Positions 1-9,329 are shown, numbered from the stretch's first letter. The stretch: DNA of 64,000 nucleotides from an uncultured Eubacteriales bacterium (GCA_900545885.1 URAF01000005.1:53659-117658); one strand, 5' to 3'. A program made the numbers and translations. The notes: generated by a model not told the origin, from the letters alone.

Positions 1-2
1 AC

Positions 3-449
3 GTGGCAATAGATACCGATATGTCGGGCGAGGACGTTTTTGCAAGATACAACGCCTCCGTCCCCGAAGATATGCGCGCCACGGAATGGTTTTCAATGGC
101 GAAAAATCCGAACTTAGCGGGCAGAATAACCGCGGCGGATTATATTTTCCCCGTTGAAGGCGGTTTGGAACTCGGCGACGAGTTCGTCGTAGAATACAAT
201 AAAAAAGGCGAAGACGTAAAAGAAAACGTGCGTTCGAGAATATATGCAACGGGCGTATCGGCGGAAGGGAAACTCACAATGAAACTTGCCGCGGGCAACA
301 CGACTCTTCGTGCCGACAGAGTTTTTGCCGCGCTTAAAGACCGTACGGAAGACGAGGCGGGACTTCCCGACACCCTCAAAACCGCACAATACGTTACGGA
401 AAACGGCGAATTCGTAAACGTGGACGAATGGCTCAAATCAATGGTTTAA
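3..449 (+). CDS. hypothetical protein, C-terminal part (frame open to the left window edge)
   Basis: The frame-3 reading frame is open from the first bases to TAA 447-449. Composition is coding-like. No family recognised. Confidence 0.5.
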   Translation: MAIDTDMSGEDVFARYNASVPEDMRATEWFSMAKNPNLAGRITAADYIFPVEGGLELGDEFVVEYNKKGEDVKENVRSRIYATGVSAEGKLTMKLAAGNTTLRADRVFAALKDRTEDEAGLPDTLKTAQYVTENGEFVNVDEWLKSMV

Positions 450-480
450 CGCGCAATTTTGCGCGTTAAACGCATTTTTC
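446..480 (+). terminator. intrinsic terminator
   Basis: Stem TTAACGCGC (446-454) / GCGCGTTAA (461-469), followed by T-run 475-479. The stop codon lies inside the stem. Confidence 0.7.
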
Positions 481-522
481 GGGCTAATTACAATCGAAAT
501 CAAATTTTTGGGATAAATAAAA

Positions 523-1986
523 ATGAAGGAGCTTTACATCGATTACAACCCTTTCTTCGTGCGCGCTGCGCTCGTCGAAGAGGGTGAACTCGTCGAGTTC
601 GGCGTTGAGCATGTTTCAACGCGCGGACACGTCGGGAACATCTACAAAGGCAAGGTCGAAAACGTGTTGGGCGGTATGAAAGCTGCGTTTGTCAACATAG
701 GTCTCGACCGCAACGGTTTTCTTTATCTCGGTGACGACGGCGACGAAAAACGCAAATGTTCCGCAAAAGCCTCCGATAAAATCTCGGCGGGCGACGTCAT
801 TATGTGTCAGGTCGTCAAGGAACAGTTCAATATGAAAGGCGCGCGTCTTACCACGGACGTAACTTTGCCGGGTTATTATATGGTGCTGTTGCCAAACAGT
901 CGCTTTTACGGTGTGTCGAGGAAAATCGAGGACGAAGGAAGACGCAGGTATCTCGAAGAACTCGTAAAATCCGTTTGCCCGCCCGATATGGGATTCATTG
1001 TCCGTTCGGCTGCAGTAAGAGCTCGCGACGAAGTGATAAAGCAGGAAGCGGCGTCGCTTGTAAATATCTGGCGAAAGGTTGAAAGCGATTACGAAAAAGC
1101 CGCCCCGATGTCAGTTGTGTTCCGCGAAGCGCAGTTTCTCGAACGAGTAATCCGCGACAACTACGGCGAAAACGTCGACCGTGTGATAGTCAACGACGCT
1201 GTGCTTGCCGAAAGTCTTGCTCCGAGAATGATTCGCGCGCAAGTTGATTTGTACGACGGAAAGCGCAACATCTTCAAACAGTTCGGAATATCCGAACAGG
1301 TTGAAAAGCTCACCGACAGACGCGTGGATTTGCCTGGAGGTGCGTATCTGGTTATCGACCGCACGGAAGCGCTAACAGTTATAGACGTTAACACCGGACG
1401 TTTTGTCGGCAGCAAAAACCTCGAAGATACGGTGTTCAAGACAAATCTTATCGCGGCAACAGCGATTGCAAAACAACTCCGCGCCAGAAACATAAGCGGA
1501 ATAGTAATTATCGACTTCATCGATATGCAACTCGACGAACACCGCAAACAGGTTGTCGAAGCGCTGCGTGCCGAGCTTAAAAAGGACAAGCTCAAAACTT
1601 CCGTCGTGTCAATGACCAACCTCGGACTTGTGGAACTTACTCGAAAGCGCACGCGTTTGCCTGCGGACAGTTTTCTTCTCGAACCGTGTAAAGGCTGTAT
1701 GGGCGGATACGTCGTTTCTTCCGCGCATATTGCTTTGAGATTACGTGACGAAATGATAGAATTTTCGTTGAAAAACGAGTTCGGGTCTATGCTTGTGCGA
1801 CTTAATCCCGAAATCTGCGAAAAGGTATTTTCGTCGCACGTAATGTCGCGAGAAGCCGCGGGGCTTTGGAAAGGCAAACGCATCTATCTTATTCCCGACG
1901 AAAACGTCGGGCGCGAAACCTTCGAAATCTCGGGTTCTTCAGACAAGATACTGACGTTGCCCGCAAACGCACGGCTGTTGTTTTAG
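523..1986 (+). CDS. rng: ribonuclease G/E-family endoribonuclease (RNase G-sized)
   Basis: 487 aa. It has the N-terminal S1-domain signature GNIYKGKVENVLGGMKAAFVNIGLDRNGFLY and the core segment AYLVIDRTEALTVIDVNTGRF. The length fits Rng/CafA rather than RNase E. Confidence 0.9.
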   Translation: MKELYIDYNPFFVRAALVEEGELVEFGVEHVSTRGHVGNIYKGKVENVLGGMKAAFVNIGLDRNGFLYLGDDGDEKRKCSAKASDKISAGDVIMCQVVKEQFNMKGARLTTDVTLPGYYMVLLPNSRFYGVSRKIEDEGRRRYLEELVKSVCPPDMGFIVRSAAVRARDEVIKQEAASLVNIWRKVESDYEKAAPMSVVFREAQFLERVIRDNYGENVDRVIVNDAVLAESLAPRMIRAQVDLYDGKRNIFKQFGISEQVEKLTDRRVDLPGGAYLVIDRTEALTVIDVNTGRFVGSKNLEDTVFKTNLIAATAIAKQLRARNISGIVIIDFIDMQLDEHRKQVVEALRAELKKDKLKTSVVSMTNLGLVELTRKRTRLPADSFLLEPCKGCMGGYVVSSAHIALRLRDEMIEFSLKNEFGSMLVRLNPEICEKVFSSHVMSREAAGLWKGKRIYLIPDENVGRETFEISGSSDKILTLPANARLLF

Positions 1987-2065
1987 GTTGCAAAAGCGGG
2001 GTTGCTGTGTTATTATATCCGTGTTCGGTTCGGGACTGAACGACTAAAACGCGGGAGGCGCGACT

Positions 2066-3052
2066 ATGAAATCGTGGCATATAGAGTGTCTTGAACGCAT
2101 CAAACTTGTTGAAAGCGTTCTGCACAAAGCCGAAGGCGAAGTCAAACTCAAAGTCTCTAAGGTGGCAATTTCGTCCACCGATTTCGCGTATTTTGCATCG
2201 GATTCTCCCGACAAGAACCCCGAACTTACGGTTCCAGGACACTCTGCGGTGGCGTACGTTTCCGAGGACGACCCGAACTCCGGGCTCAAAATGGGTTCTC
2301 GCGTGGTTATCAGTCCTTTTGTTCAGTACGAAGAACACGGTGTAAAAAAGGTCCGTGTTCTCGGAGTCGACACAAACGGACTGCTCAGCGACTTTGTGTC
2401 CGTACCTGCTGAAAACGTATACGTTCTTCCTGACGGCATACCCGACGATGAGGCGGTTTTTGCCGAATACATCGCACTCGGCAACAACGTGCTCAACAGC
2501 CTGAACGTAGACAAAGGCGATTTTGTCGTCATAGTCGGTGCGAGTACGCTCGGACTTGTCCTTGCGCAACTTGCGCTTTACTATCAGATGATACCTGTGC
2601 TTGTGGACCTGGACGCCGAGAAACTTGCGCTTGCGTCAAGTTGGGGTGTTTACTACGTTCTCAATCCGACCTACGACAATCTCGAACGCAGAGTCGAAGA
2701 AATCACCGGCGGCAGAATGGCGGAAGCGTCCGTTTATGTCGGTGACGGTGTTCCTTTCAACTGCGCATTGCGAGTCGTAAAAGACAAAGGCGAAGTAGTC
2801 ATTGCGGGCTATTCCGTACGCGCGGGTCACGAAGTCGACGTCAGCGTCATACTGTCCAAGCAACTTACAATGACGGGCGTTGCTGACGGATACGGCGAAA
2901 TGCCTTCGGCAATAAATCTGCTTGCGAACAGAATTATAAAGACGGACGGACTGATAAGTTCACGCATCAACTTCGACGAAGTGCCCGAAACCGTTGCGCA
3001 ATCCGCCGAATATCCTTACCAGTACAACAAAATCGTCGTGTCCATGGACTGA
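2066..3052 (+). CDS. medium-chain dehydrogenase/reductase (MDR) family protein lacking canonical Zn ligands
   Basis: 328 aa with SD GGGAGG upstream. It shows a Rossmann GASTLGLVLAQL motif and MDR layout. The positions usually reading ICGSD / GHE read ISSTD / GHS, and there is no structural-Zn Cys loop. Confidence 0.7.
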   Translation: MKSWHIECLERIKLVESVLHKAEGEVKLKVSKVAISSTDFAYFASDSPDKNPELTVPGHSAVAYVSEDDPNSGLKMGSRVVISPFVQYEEHGVKKVRVLGVDTNGLLSDFVSVPAENVYVLPDGIPDDEAVFAEYIALGNNVLNSLNVDKGDFVVIVGASTLGLVLAQLALYYQMIPVLVDLDAEKLALASSWGVYYVLNPTYDNLERRVEEITGGRMAEASVYVGDGVPFNCALRVVKDKGEVVIAGYSVRAGHEVDVSVILSKQLTMTGVADGYGEMPSAINLLANRIIKTDGLISSRINFDEVPETVAQSAEYPYQYNKIVVSMD

Positions 3053-3151
3053 CGCTGTTCCGACAGACGATAAAGGTATTTTTGTTTTTTATAGAAACAA
3101 ATTCAGACAACGAAGTTGCGGAGTTGTGAAGTCGCGAAGTCGCAAGTTACA

Positions 3152-3180
3152 AGTGCGCGGCAGCGCACTTTTTTATTTTG
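3152..3180 (+). terminator. intrinsic terminator after the MDR gene
   Basis: Stem AGTGCGC (3152-3158), loop GGCA, stem GCGCACT (3163-3169), then TTTTTTATTTT. Confidence 0.75.
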
Positions 3181-3700
3181 ATTTTTTCAGCATGTGAGTT
3201 TCAAACGATAAACTAACGTCAGTCCACGCGTGGTTTGTCAGCAACTCTTGCTTGTGTGTTGTAATTATACTTTGGCGTGTAAAAACCGATTTTTACTTTC
3301 TATGTTGTGGCAACTTTGCAATAAAACACGATACGTATATTATAGGTGCGTATGTATTGATTAAACAGGCATAAACGCTGTGTATATCGTTTTATCAAAA
3401 CACGATACGTGCGCAATAAGGGCGCTTTCAGGATTGCAGAGCGATTTTGTGGGTTCAAAAGTCATAAATTAAAGTGTTGTCGGTTTGAAATGCCGTCGTA
3501 AAAGCGCTTAAATGACTGATATAACCGATTAAAGGTATTTGCATTTCTCATTAATACACGATAAGTGTTTTAAAAAGATATAACAATTACGTGTTGGAGA
3601 TACGTCGTTGAAGAAGTGAGGGAAAATAATGTGGCGGATTTGTTGACGGGAGTAAATTGGCTACCTTGCAAACTGGTTGATTGCAAGATGATTGCAAAAA

Positions 3701-4240
3701 TCAATCAAGCAAGGTGTCGTGAATGAGCGCGTAAGTCTGCGAGGCTTTATCGACCCAGCTTTTGTAGAGATATTTTGCAAGTTGGCGGTTCGCAACGACC
3801 AGTTTCAGTTCCATAAGTGTTGCGATGTCGCTGTTAATCTTCATTATGACGGTGTAGGTTCCATCAGCATTCTTCGAGTAGTCGCAGAAATACGACTGGC
3901 GCTTTTTGAAACGCATTCTGTTTTCGCGTGCATATGCGTTGATATCGTCGCGTATGGACGAAGGTATGCGCGTAAAGAACAGCGCAAGACAACCTATTCC
4001 GTCCTGCGTTATGTTGATGCAGTCGCTTTTGGGAACGCGGTAAAGCAAATTTGTTTCGACAAGTTCGTTCAGGTACTGCTTGCAGTCCATATAACTCAAC
4101 CAGTCGTTGTCCGAAGTGCATACGTCAAGCACGGTGGCTTCCGAAAGCGGTATAGCCATCCTGTCGAAAACAAACAAGATTATGAGTTTCTGAACCTTGC
4201 TGTCCAGCCTTGCTGTTACGCCGTCCTGTTCGTAATCCAA
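3701..4240 (-). CDS. DUF4364-family protein (putative small regulator of Clostridia)
   Basis: The sequence pattern KVQKLIILFVFDRMAIPLSEATVLD...YLNELVETNLL matches my memory of DUF4364. The track start (TTG at 4255) overlaps a GGGGAGG SD at 4247-4253. TTG at 4240 lies 6 nt after that SD and is preferred. The opposite-strand ORF 3692-4414 is junk-like. Confidence 0.6.
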   Translation of the reverse strand: MDYEQDGVTARLDSKVQKLIILFVFDRMAIPLSEATVLDVCTSDNDWLSYMDCKQYLNELVETNLLYRVPKSDCINITQDGIGCLALFFTRIPSSIRDDINAYARENRMRFKKRQSYFCDYSKNADGTYTVIMKINSDIATLMELKLVVANRQLAKYLYKSWVDKASQTYALIHDTLLD

Positions 4241-4569
4241 CGTACGCCTCCCCAAATAGAATGGAAGAAGAGTTTAGCACTATTTTTGCGCTATTTCAAG
4301 ACTTTAACGGAAAAATTTTGCAAGACACAAGTACTTGCGCACAAGGTTTTTTCAAACACAAATTTTAATTTACTATTAACTATGGATAATATTATCGAAA
4401 GTGGTAAAAGCTGACTGTCTGCCGCGTCAGAATAATTGATATTAATGTGTTTGAGAATAACGTAATTCCGTGGTGCGTGCGGCGTCTTTGCCGTAAAACC
4501 ACGTTTGATGACCGAGATATCCATTTGACAATCAATACTGTTGTGTGCGCCTTTTGCGGCATGATAAAG

Positions 4570-4600
4570 AATAAAAAAGACGCGTACTTGACGCGTCTTT
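4570..4600 (-). terminator. intrinsic terminator of the M20 peptidase gene
   Basis: Stem AAGACGCGT / ACGCGTCTT (4577-4585 / 4591-4599). On the minus strand it is followed by a T-run (complement of A-run 4573-4578). Confidence 0.75.
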
Positions 4601-4642
4601 GCAGTAGTGTCGGATTTGCTTGTTGGATTTTATTGCTGACGA

Positions 4643-6118
4643 TTACTCGGCAAGCATTGTGTCGAGGCATTGCACAAAGAATTGCGTTGCCTTTTCCAGT
4701 TGGTCAACGTGCAGGCGTTCGTTGATACCGTGAATTCGGGACTGGTCGTCAAGCGAATTGATGAAAGGTCCGAAACGGAAAACGTTGTCGGTCAGCGGAT
4801 TGTAGAAGCGAGCGTCGGAGGCTGCAATGAACATGTAAGGCGCGACCACTATGTCGTCGAAGGTGTTGCATATGGTGTCGCGCAATCTTTCGTATGCGGC
4901 GCAGTGTACGTCGGCTTCGGGAGAAGGATTGGAGTAGGAGAGCAGATTGACTTCGACGTCTTTGCCTAGCAGTTTTTCGAGATAAGCTTTCACGTCGTCG
5001 GCAGTCTCGCCCGTTATCATTCGGTAGTTGATGTTTGCACGCGCTTCTTTGGGGATTACGTTTCTGGCGTCGCTGCCCCAAAGCATGGTGGGGGCAAAGG
5101 TTGTTCGCACCAAAGCGTTGGTCATGGGTGCGGCTTTTGTGAATATGAATTTGACGAGGGGAGCAAACACGTCGCGGTTGGTGAGGACGAATTTGAATGC
5201 GCCTTTGCAGTACGGAGACAGCGCTTTGAAGGTTTCTTTGGTCATATTCGTCCACGTGGTTTTCATGGGGTGTGATTCGACTTTTGCGACGGCTTCGGAA
5301 AGCACTCCGACGGCTGTCGGCGGTTTGGGGTTGGACGCGTGTCCGCCCGATTTTTTTACTACGAGTTCGAGGTCGCCGTTGCCTTTTTCGCATGCGCCGA
5401 TGAGTGCTACGGTATGCGGAATTCCGAGCAGTTTTCCGTCGAGAACGGTACCGCCTTCATCGATTACGAATTCCATCTCAACGCCTTTTGCTTTGAGATA
5501 TTTTACTATGTTTGCAGCGCCGCTTGTGGAGTTGCCGGGTTCTTCGTCGTGACCGAAGCAAAGGTACAAATCACGCGCGAATTTCTTGCCTTGCGCAAGG
5601 TGATATTCGACTGCTTCCAAAAGAGCAATCATATGGCTTTTCATGTCTTGTGCACCCCTGCCGTAAATGTATCCGTCGTCAGTCAGCACAGCTTCGAACG
5701 GGTCGTATTCCCAACCGTCTTTAGGGGCAGGAACAACGTCGATATGACTGAGATAACAGCCGCCTTTGAGAGCGGGATTTGTGCCTTTTATGCGGTATAT
5801 GAGGCTGTAACCTTCTATTATCGTGCGTTCGGCATTTGCGTGCAGAAGAGGATAGGTTTTTTCAAGCCAATTGCGGTAATCGATGAAAGGCTGAATGTTG
5901 TCTACGTAATCTTCTACCATAGAAACTGTGGGAATACGTATGGCTTCGCGAAGATGTTGAACTGCTGCATTTTTGTCTATTTCAGGCAATTTGCCTGCTT
6001 TTCCCGTAGGGATTTTTGGACGGTTGAGTGCTGTTCTTATAATCAGTGCAAGAAAGAAAAGAACTATAACTGCGGCAATAGTTCCGCCTATAACGGCTCC
6101 GATGTTGACCTGTGGCAT
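4643..6118 (-). CDS. M20/M25/M40-family metallopeptidase with N-terminal membrane anchor
   Basis: 491 aa with SD GGAGG upstream. The N-terminal TM helix is IGAVIGGTIAAVIVLFFLALII. M20 motifs present: SHIDVVP, GRGAQDMK, FGHDEEPG. Confidence 0.85.
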   Translation of the reverse strand: MPQVNIGAVIGGTIAAVIVLFFLALIIRTALNRPKIPTGKAGKLPEIDKNAAVQHLREAIRIPTVSMVEDYVDNIQPFIDYRNWLEKTYPLLHANAERTIIEGYSLIYRIKGTNPALKGGCYLSHIDVVPAPKDGWEYDPFEAVLTDDGYIYGRGAQDMKSHMIALLEAVEYHLAQGKKFARDLYLCFGHDEEPGNSTSGAANIVKYLKAKGVEMEFVIDEGGTVLDGKLLGIPHTVALIGACEKGNGDLELVVKKSGGHASNPKPPTAVGVLSEAVAKVESHPMKTTWTNMTKETFKALSPYCKGAFKFVLTNRDVFAPLVKFIFTKAAPMTNALVRTTFAPTMLWGSDARNVIPKEARANINYRMITGETADDVKAYLEKLLGKDVEVNLLSYSNPSPEADVHCAAYERLRDTICNTFDDIVVAPYMFIAASDARFYNPLTDNVFRFGPFINSLDDQSRIHGINERLHVDQLEKATQFFVQCLDTMLAE

Positions 6119-7210
6119 AAAAACCTCCGAAAAGGAAAGAAAACATCAAAAAAGAAGTGTTTGTTTCCTTAAATTAATGTTTTCTTAATTATAAACAATA
6201 GAAATGACCATTTCAATAAGAAATTGGTTTTGAGAGGATAAAAGCACAACAAATAGCCAAATGCACGAGAATAATAAGCAAGTTTAAGAAAGCGCTCATT
6301 AGGTAAAAGAACGTGCTTGTATCGCTCGAAAATCACTGTAATTCGTACAGGTAAAGGGAAATGGCACGAAAAGAAACAAATGTCCTGTAAGAAAATCGAA
6401 ACAAAGATTTAGAAGCAATATTTGAAATGTCTTAGAAAAAGCGTATTCGAAGAAGAAAAAGAAGCAATATGCGTCATGTCGCTCTAAAAAGAGCAAGTAT
6501 AAAGAAAAAGTCCGAAAACTTGTGCGATAAGGCTCATAAGTGGAAAAAGCCCGAATGTAGCTTGAAAGATAGTGAAAAAGCGGCAAAGTATTATTGAAAC
6601 GGCGAATTTTTATAAAACAAGACAAGGTTGTAGTCTCTAAAAATGCTGTTTTTAGAAAAGTATTATCAAAAACGCCGTATTTTACAGTAAGAGAAGACTG
6701 AAAAGCTCGGAAAGTGCTGTTGTTGCTTTGATAGTGTGCAAATTTAGCAAAATGCCACAAAAATGACTGGGGGAAGCCGAAATTGATGATAAAAGCCGTA
6801 GCAACAAATGAAACTATGCTTTTTTCTTGAAAATACTGTTATAAGTCGCAAAATGCCATAAAACAGTTCTTTTTTGTGCCATTGGGATATATTTTTTAGG
6901 AAAAAGACGGAAAATGGACTATTTGTGGGGTGAATATGGTGAAAATGTGGATAAACAACGATTGCAAAAATGACAATTAACCTCAGAAAAACAATGTTTT
7001 TATGCATTATTTATAAAATATGATTTACTTGTAGCATCTCAAATTGATTGCTTTTCGGTCGAGAAAGAGGTTTTTCGGCGGCTTTGTCTTTTTGTCGTCA
7101 GACTTAACTGTTTAATTTGTTTCGGGTTTGGGTATTTCTTGGAGCGGATTTGGTGTGATTTAGTAGCGATTAATGGAGAATTTCAATTTGCCGTCGAGCG
7201 TTTTTTTGTG

Positions 7211-7240
7211 TTGACACTTATATTGTTTTGGTTGTAATAT
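7211..7240 (+). promoter_or_regulatory. sigma-70-type promoter of pck (long 5' UTR)
   Basis: TTGACA (7211-7216), 18 nt spacer, TAATAT (7235-7240), with TG at 7233-7234 (extended -10). The predicted UTR is about 210 nt. Confidence 0.55.
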
Positions 7241-7459
7241 GTATAATCGAAAGAATAGTAAGCGTGCATATTGCGTGCGTTGTGTGTGACGCGTATGCGT
7301 ATCTGCGCCTGCGTCGTGTGTGGTAGTGCCTGCATCTTCAATGTTCGTTTGACATAGTCGTACGGATTTTGCGGAAACTGTATGTGCCTTGCCGTTCGGT
7401 TCAACAGTAATTACAATTTGCGGATGCCGCTCAATGCGGATACCGCTTCGGAGGTAATA

Positions 7460-9229
7460 ATGAAATTTGACAACAAAGGAGTCCAGAAGTTCGTGGACGA
7501 CAGCGTCGCGCTTTGCACCCCCGATAAGGTCGTTCTTATCGACGGTTCCGAAGAACAGCTCGAGTCTCTCAGAAAAGAGGCTATGGCCACCGGCGAAATG
7601 ATTCAGCTCAATCAGGAATTGCTCCCCGGTTGCTATCTCCATCGTACCGCAGTCAACGACGTCGCACGTGTGGAAGGCCGTACTTTCATCTGCACCGAAA
7701 AAGAAGAAAACGCAGGTCCCACCAACAACTGGATGCAGAAAGACAAAGCCTACGAATTGCTCAAAGGTATCTATAAGGGTGCCATGAAAGGAAGAACAAT
7801 GTACATCATTCCTTTCTCCATGGGCGCTATCGGTTCTCCTTTCTCCAAAATCGGTATCGAACTCACCGACAGTATCTACGTTGTTCTCAACATGGCAATC
7901 ATGACCCGCGTCGGCAGCAAGGTTCTCGAAACCCTCGGTGACAGCGACGATTTCGTCCGCGGTCTCCATGCAAAAGCCGACCTCGACGAAGAAAAGAGAT
8001 ATATCTGCCAGTTCCCCGAAGACAACACCATTATGTCCGTCAATTCCGGTTACGGCGGAAACGTTCTTCTCGGCAAAAAGTGCTTCGCGCTCCGTATCGC
8101 TTCCTATCAGGGACGCAACGAAGGCTGGCTTGCGGAACATATGCTCATTCTCGGTCTCGAAAAGCCCAACGGCGAAACCAAATATATCGCGGCGGCATTC
8201 CCTTCCGCTTGCGGCAAGACCAACCTCGCAATGCTCATTCCTCCCAAGGAATTTGCGGATAAGGGTTACAAAATCCATACCGTCGGCGACGACATCGCAT
8301 GGATCAGAGTAGGCAAGGACGGCAGACTTTACGCCATCAACCCCGAAAACGGTTTCTTCGGCGTTGCTCCCGGCACCAATGCAAAGTCCAACCCCAACGC
8401 GCTCGCAACCACCAGAAAGGGCACCATTTTCACCAATGTTGTTCACAATCTCGAAAACAACACCGTGTGGTGGGAAGGTCTCGATAAGAATCCTCCCAAG
8501 AACGCAATCGACTGGAAGGGCAATCCCTGGACGGAAGAAGACAGAGCAAACGGCGTGAAGGGCGCACACCCCAACTCCCGTTTCACCGCTCCCGCAAAGA
8601 ACTGCCCCTGCATTTCCGACGAGTTCGAAAATCCCCAGGGCGTCCCGCTCGATGCAATCATCTTCGGTGGCCGTCGTGCCAAGACCGCGCCCCTCGTTTA
8701 TGAAGCGAGAGATTGGGCAAACGGCGTGTTTGTAGGTTCCATCATGGCATCCGAAACCACTGCCGCGGCAAGCGGAGCAGTCGGTGTTGTCCGTCGTGAT
8801 CCTATGGCAATGTTGCCTTTCTGCGGATATCACATGGGTGATTACTTCCAGCATTGGCTCGATATGGGCGAAAAAGTTGCAAAGAAGCCTAAGTTCTTCA
8901 ACGTCAACTGGTTCCGTACCGACGAAAACGGCAACTTCCTGTGGCCCGGTTTCGGCGACAATATGCGCGTACTCGACTGGATTATCCGTCGTACCGAAGG
9001 TACCGTCGACGCAGTCGAAACTCCTATCGGATACGTTCCTCGTCCCGAAGACATTAACCTCAACGGCACCGACCTCACCACCGAAGACGTGGCAAATCTC
9101 CTTTCCGTTGACAAGGAACTTTGGAAAGAGGATGCCGAGGGTATTGAAACCTTCTATGCGAAGTTCGGCGACAAACTTCCCGCACAGCTGCGCAAAGAGC
9201 TCGATACTTTGAAGGAGAACCTCAAATAA
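7460..9229 (+). CDS. pck: phosphoenolpyruvate carboxykinase (GTP)
   Basis: 589 aa from ATG 7460, with SD GGAGG at 7450-7454. It carries the GTP-PEPCK P-loop FPSACGKTNLAML and conserved blocks GDDIAWI, NPENGFFGVAPGT, PNSRFT. The first 26 codons of the track ORF are UTR. Confidence 0.95.
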   Translation: MKFDNKGVQKFVDDSVALCTPDKVVLIDGSEEQLESLRKEAMATGEMIQLNQELLPGCYLHRTAVNDVARVEGRTFICTEKEENAGPTNNWMQKDKAYELLKGIYKGAMKGRTMYIIPFSMGAIGSPFSKIGIELTDSIYVVLNMAIMTRVGSKVLETLGDSDDFVRGLHAKADLDEEKRYICQFPEDNTIMSVNSGYGGNVLLGKKCFALRIASYQGRNEGWLAEHMLILGLEKPNGETKYIAAAFPSACGKTNLAMLIPPKEFADKGYKIHTVGDDIAWIRVGKDGRLYAINPENGFFGVAPGTNAKSNPNALATTRKGTIFTNVVHNLENNTVWWEGLDKNPPKNAIDWKGNPWTEEDRANGVKGAHPNSRFTAPAKNCPCISDEFENPQGVPLDAIIFGGRRAKTAPLVYEARDWANGVFVGSIMASETTAAASGAVGVVRRDPMAMLPFCGYHMGDYFQHWLDMGEKVAKKPKFFNVNWFRTDENGNFLWPGFGDNMRVLDWIIRRTEGTVDAVETPIGYVPRPEDINLNGTDLTTEDVANLLSVDKELWKEDAEGIETFYAKFGDKLPAQLRKELDTLKENLK

Positions 9230-9263
9230 TCATTTGATTGTAACGTAATCAAGCGAAAATTCA

Positions 9264-9292
9264 CAGTCCTTGCCGCGTTACGGCAAGGACTG
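9264..9292 (+). terminator. hairpin terminator after pck (weak U-tract)
   Basis: Stem CAGTCCTTGCCG (9264-9275) / CGGCAAGGACTG (9281-9292). It lies inside the spurious 5' extension of the next track ORF. Confidence 0.6.
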
Positions 9293-9329
9293 CGATATTA
9301 ACGCGAGAAATAAATTAAAAGGAACTTTT

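Noticed and set aside
3692-4414. A 240-aa plus-strand ORF overlapping the DUF4364 gene.
   Set aside because: The sequence is junk-like (C/V/F/R-rich), with no SD and no motif. The minus-strand frame has an SD and a family-like pattern.
6500-6560. AAAAAGTCCG / AAAAAGCCCG words reminiscent of the RNase P GGAAAGUCC core.
   Set aside because: The surrounding sequence lacks every other conserved RNase P block and is far too AT-rich and unstructured.
6299-7007. Two minus-strand ORFs (153 and 87 aa) in the AT-rich segment, considered as real genes.
   Set aside because: They have an extreme F/L/S/T bias simply mirroring the T-rich strand, no SD, and a frame break between them. I kept them only as a possible decayed gene in the finding and did not call them as CDS.
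7382-7459. 5' extensions of track ORFs: 7382, 9270, 11034, 12081, 21880, 22786, 37301, 39094, 42221, 44950, 50902, 51237, 53286, 55818, 60803.
   Set aside because: The extensions run through terminators, promoters, hairpin repeats or the preceding gene, and they lack an SD. Downstream ATG/GTG codons with good SDs give canonical N-termini, so the starts were trimmed.
7160-8854. Very long minus-strand ORFs opposite real genes. Examples: 7160-8854 opposite pck; 13614-14732, 15045-17339 and 17673-21437 opposite the giant gene; 22696-24789 opposite ntpI; 27369-28715 and 28727-29902 opposite ntpA/B; 40311-42326; 43184-44902; 45372-46802; 57135-58811; 60917-61990; 62859-63821.
   Set aside because: Their translations are low-complexity and R/V/F/H-rich with no recognisable motifs. 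In every case the opposite strand encodes a protein with unmistakable family signatures. They are stop-poor antisense shadow frames caused by codon bias.
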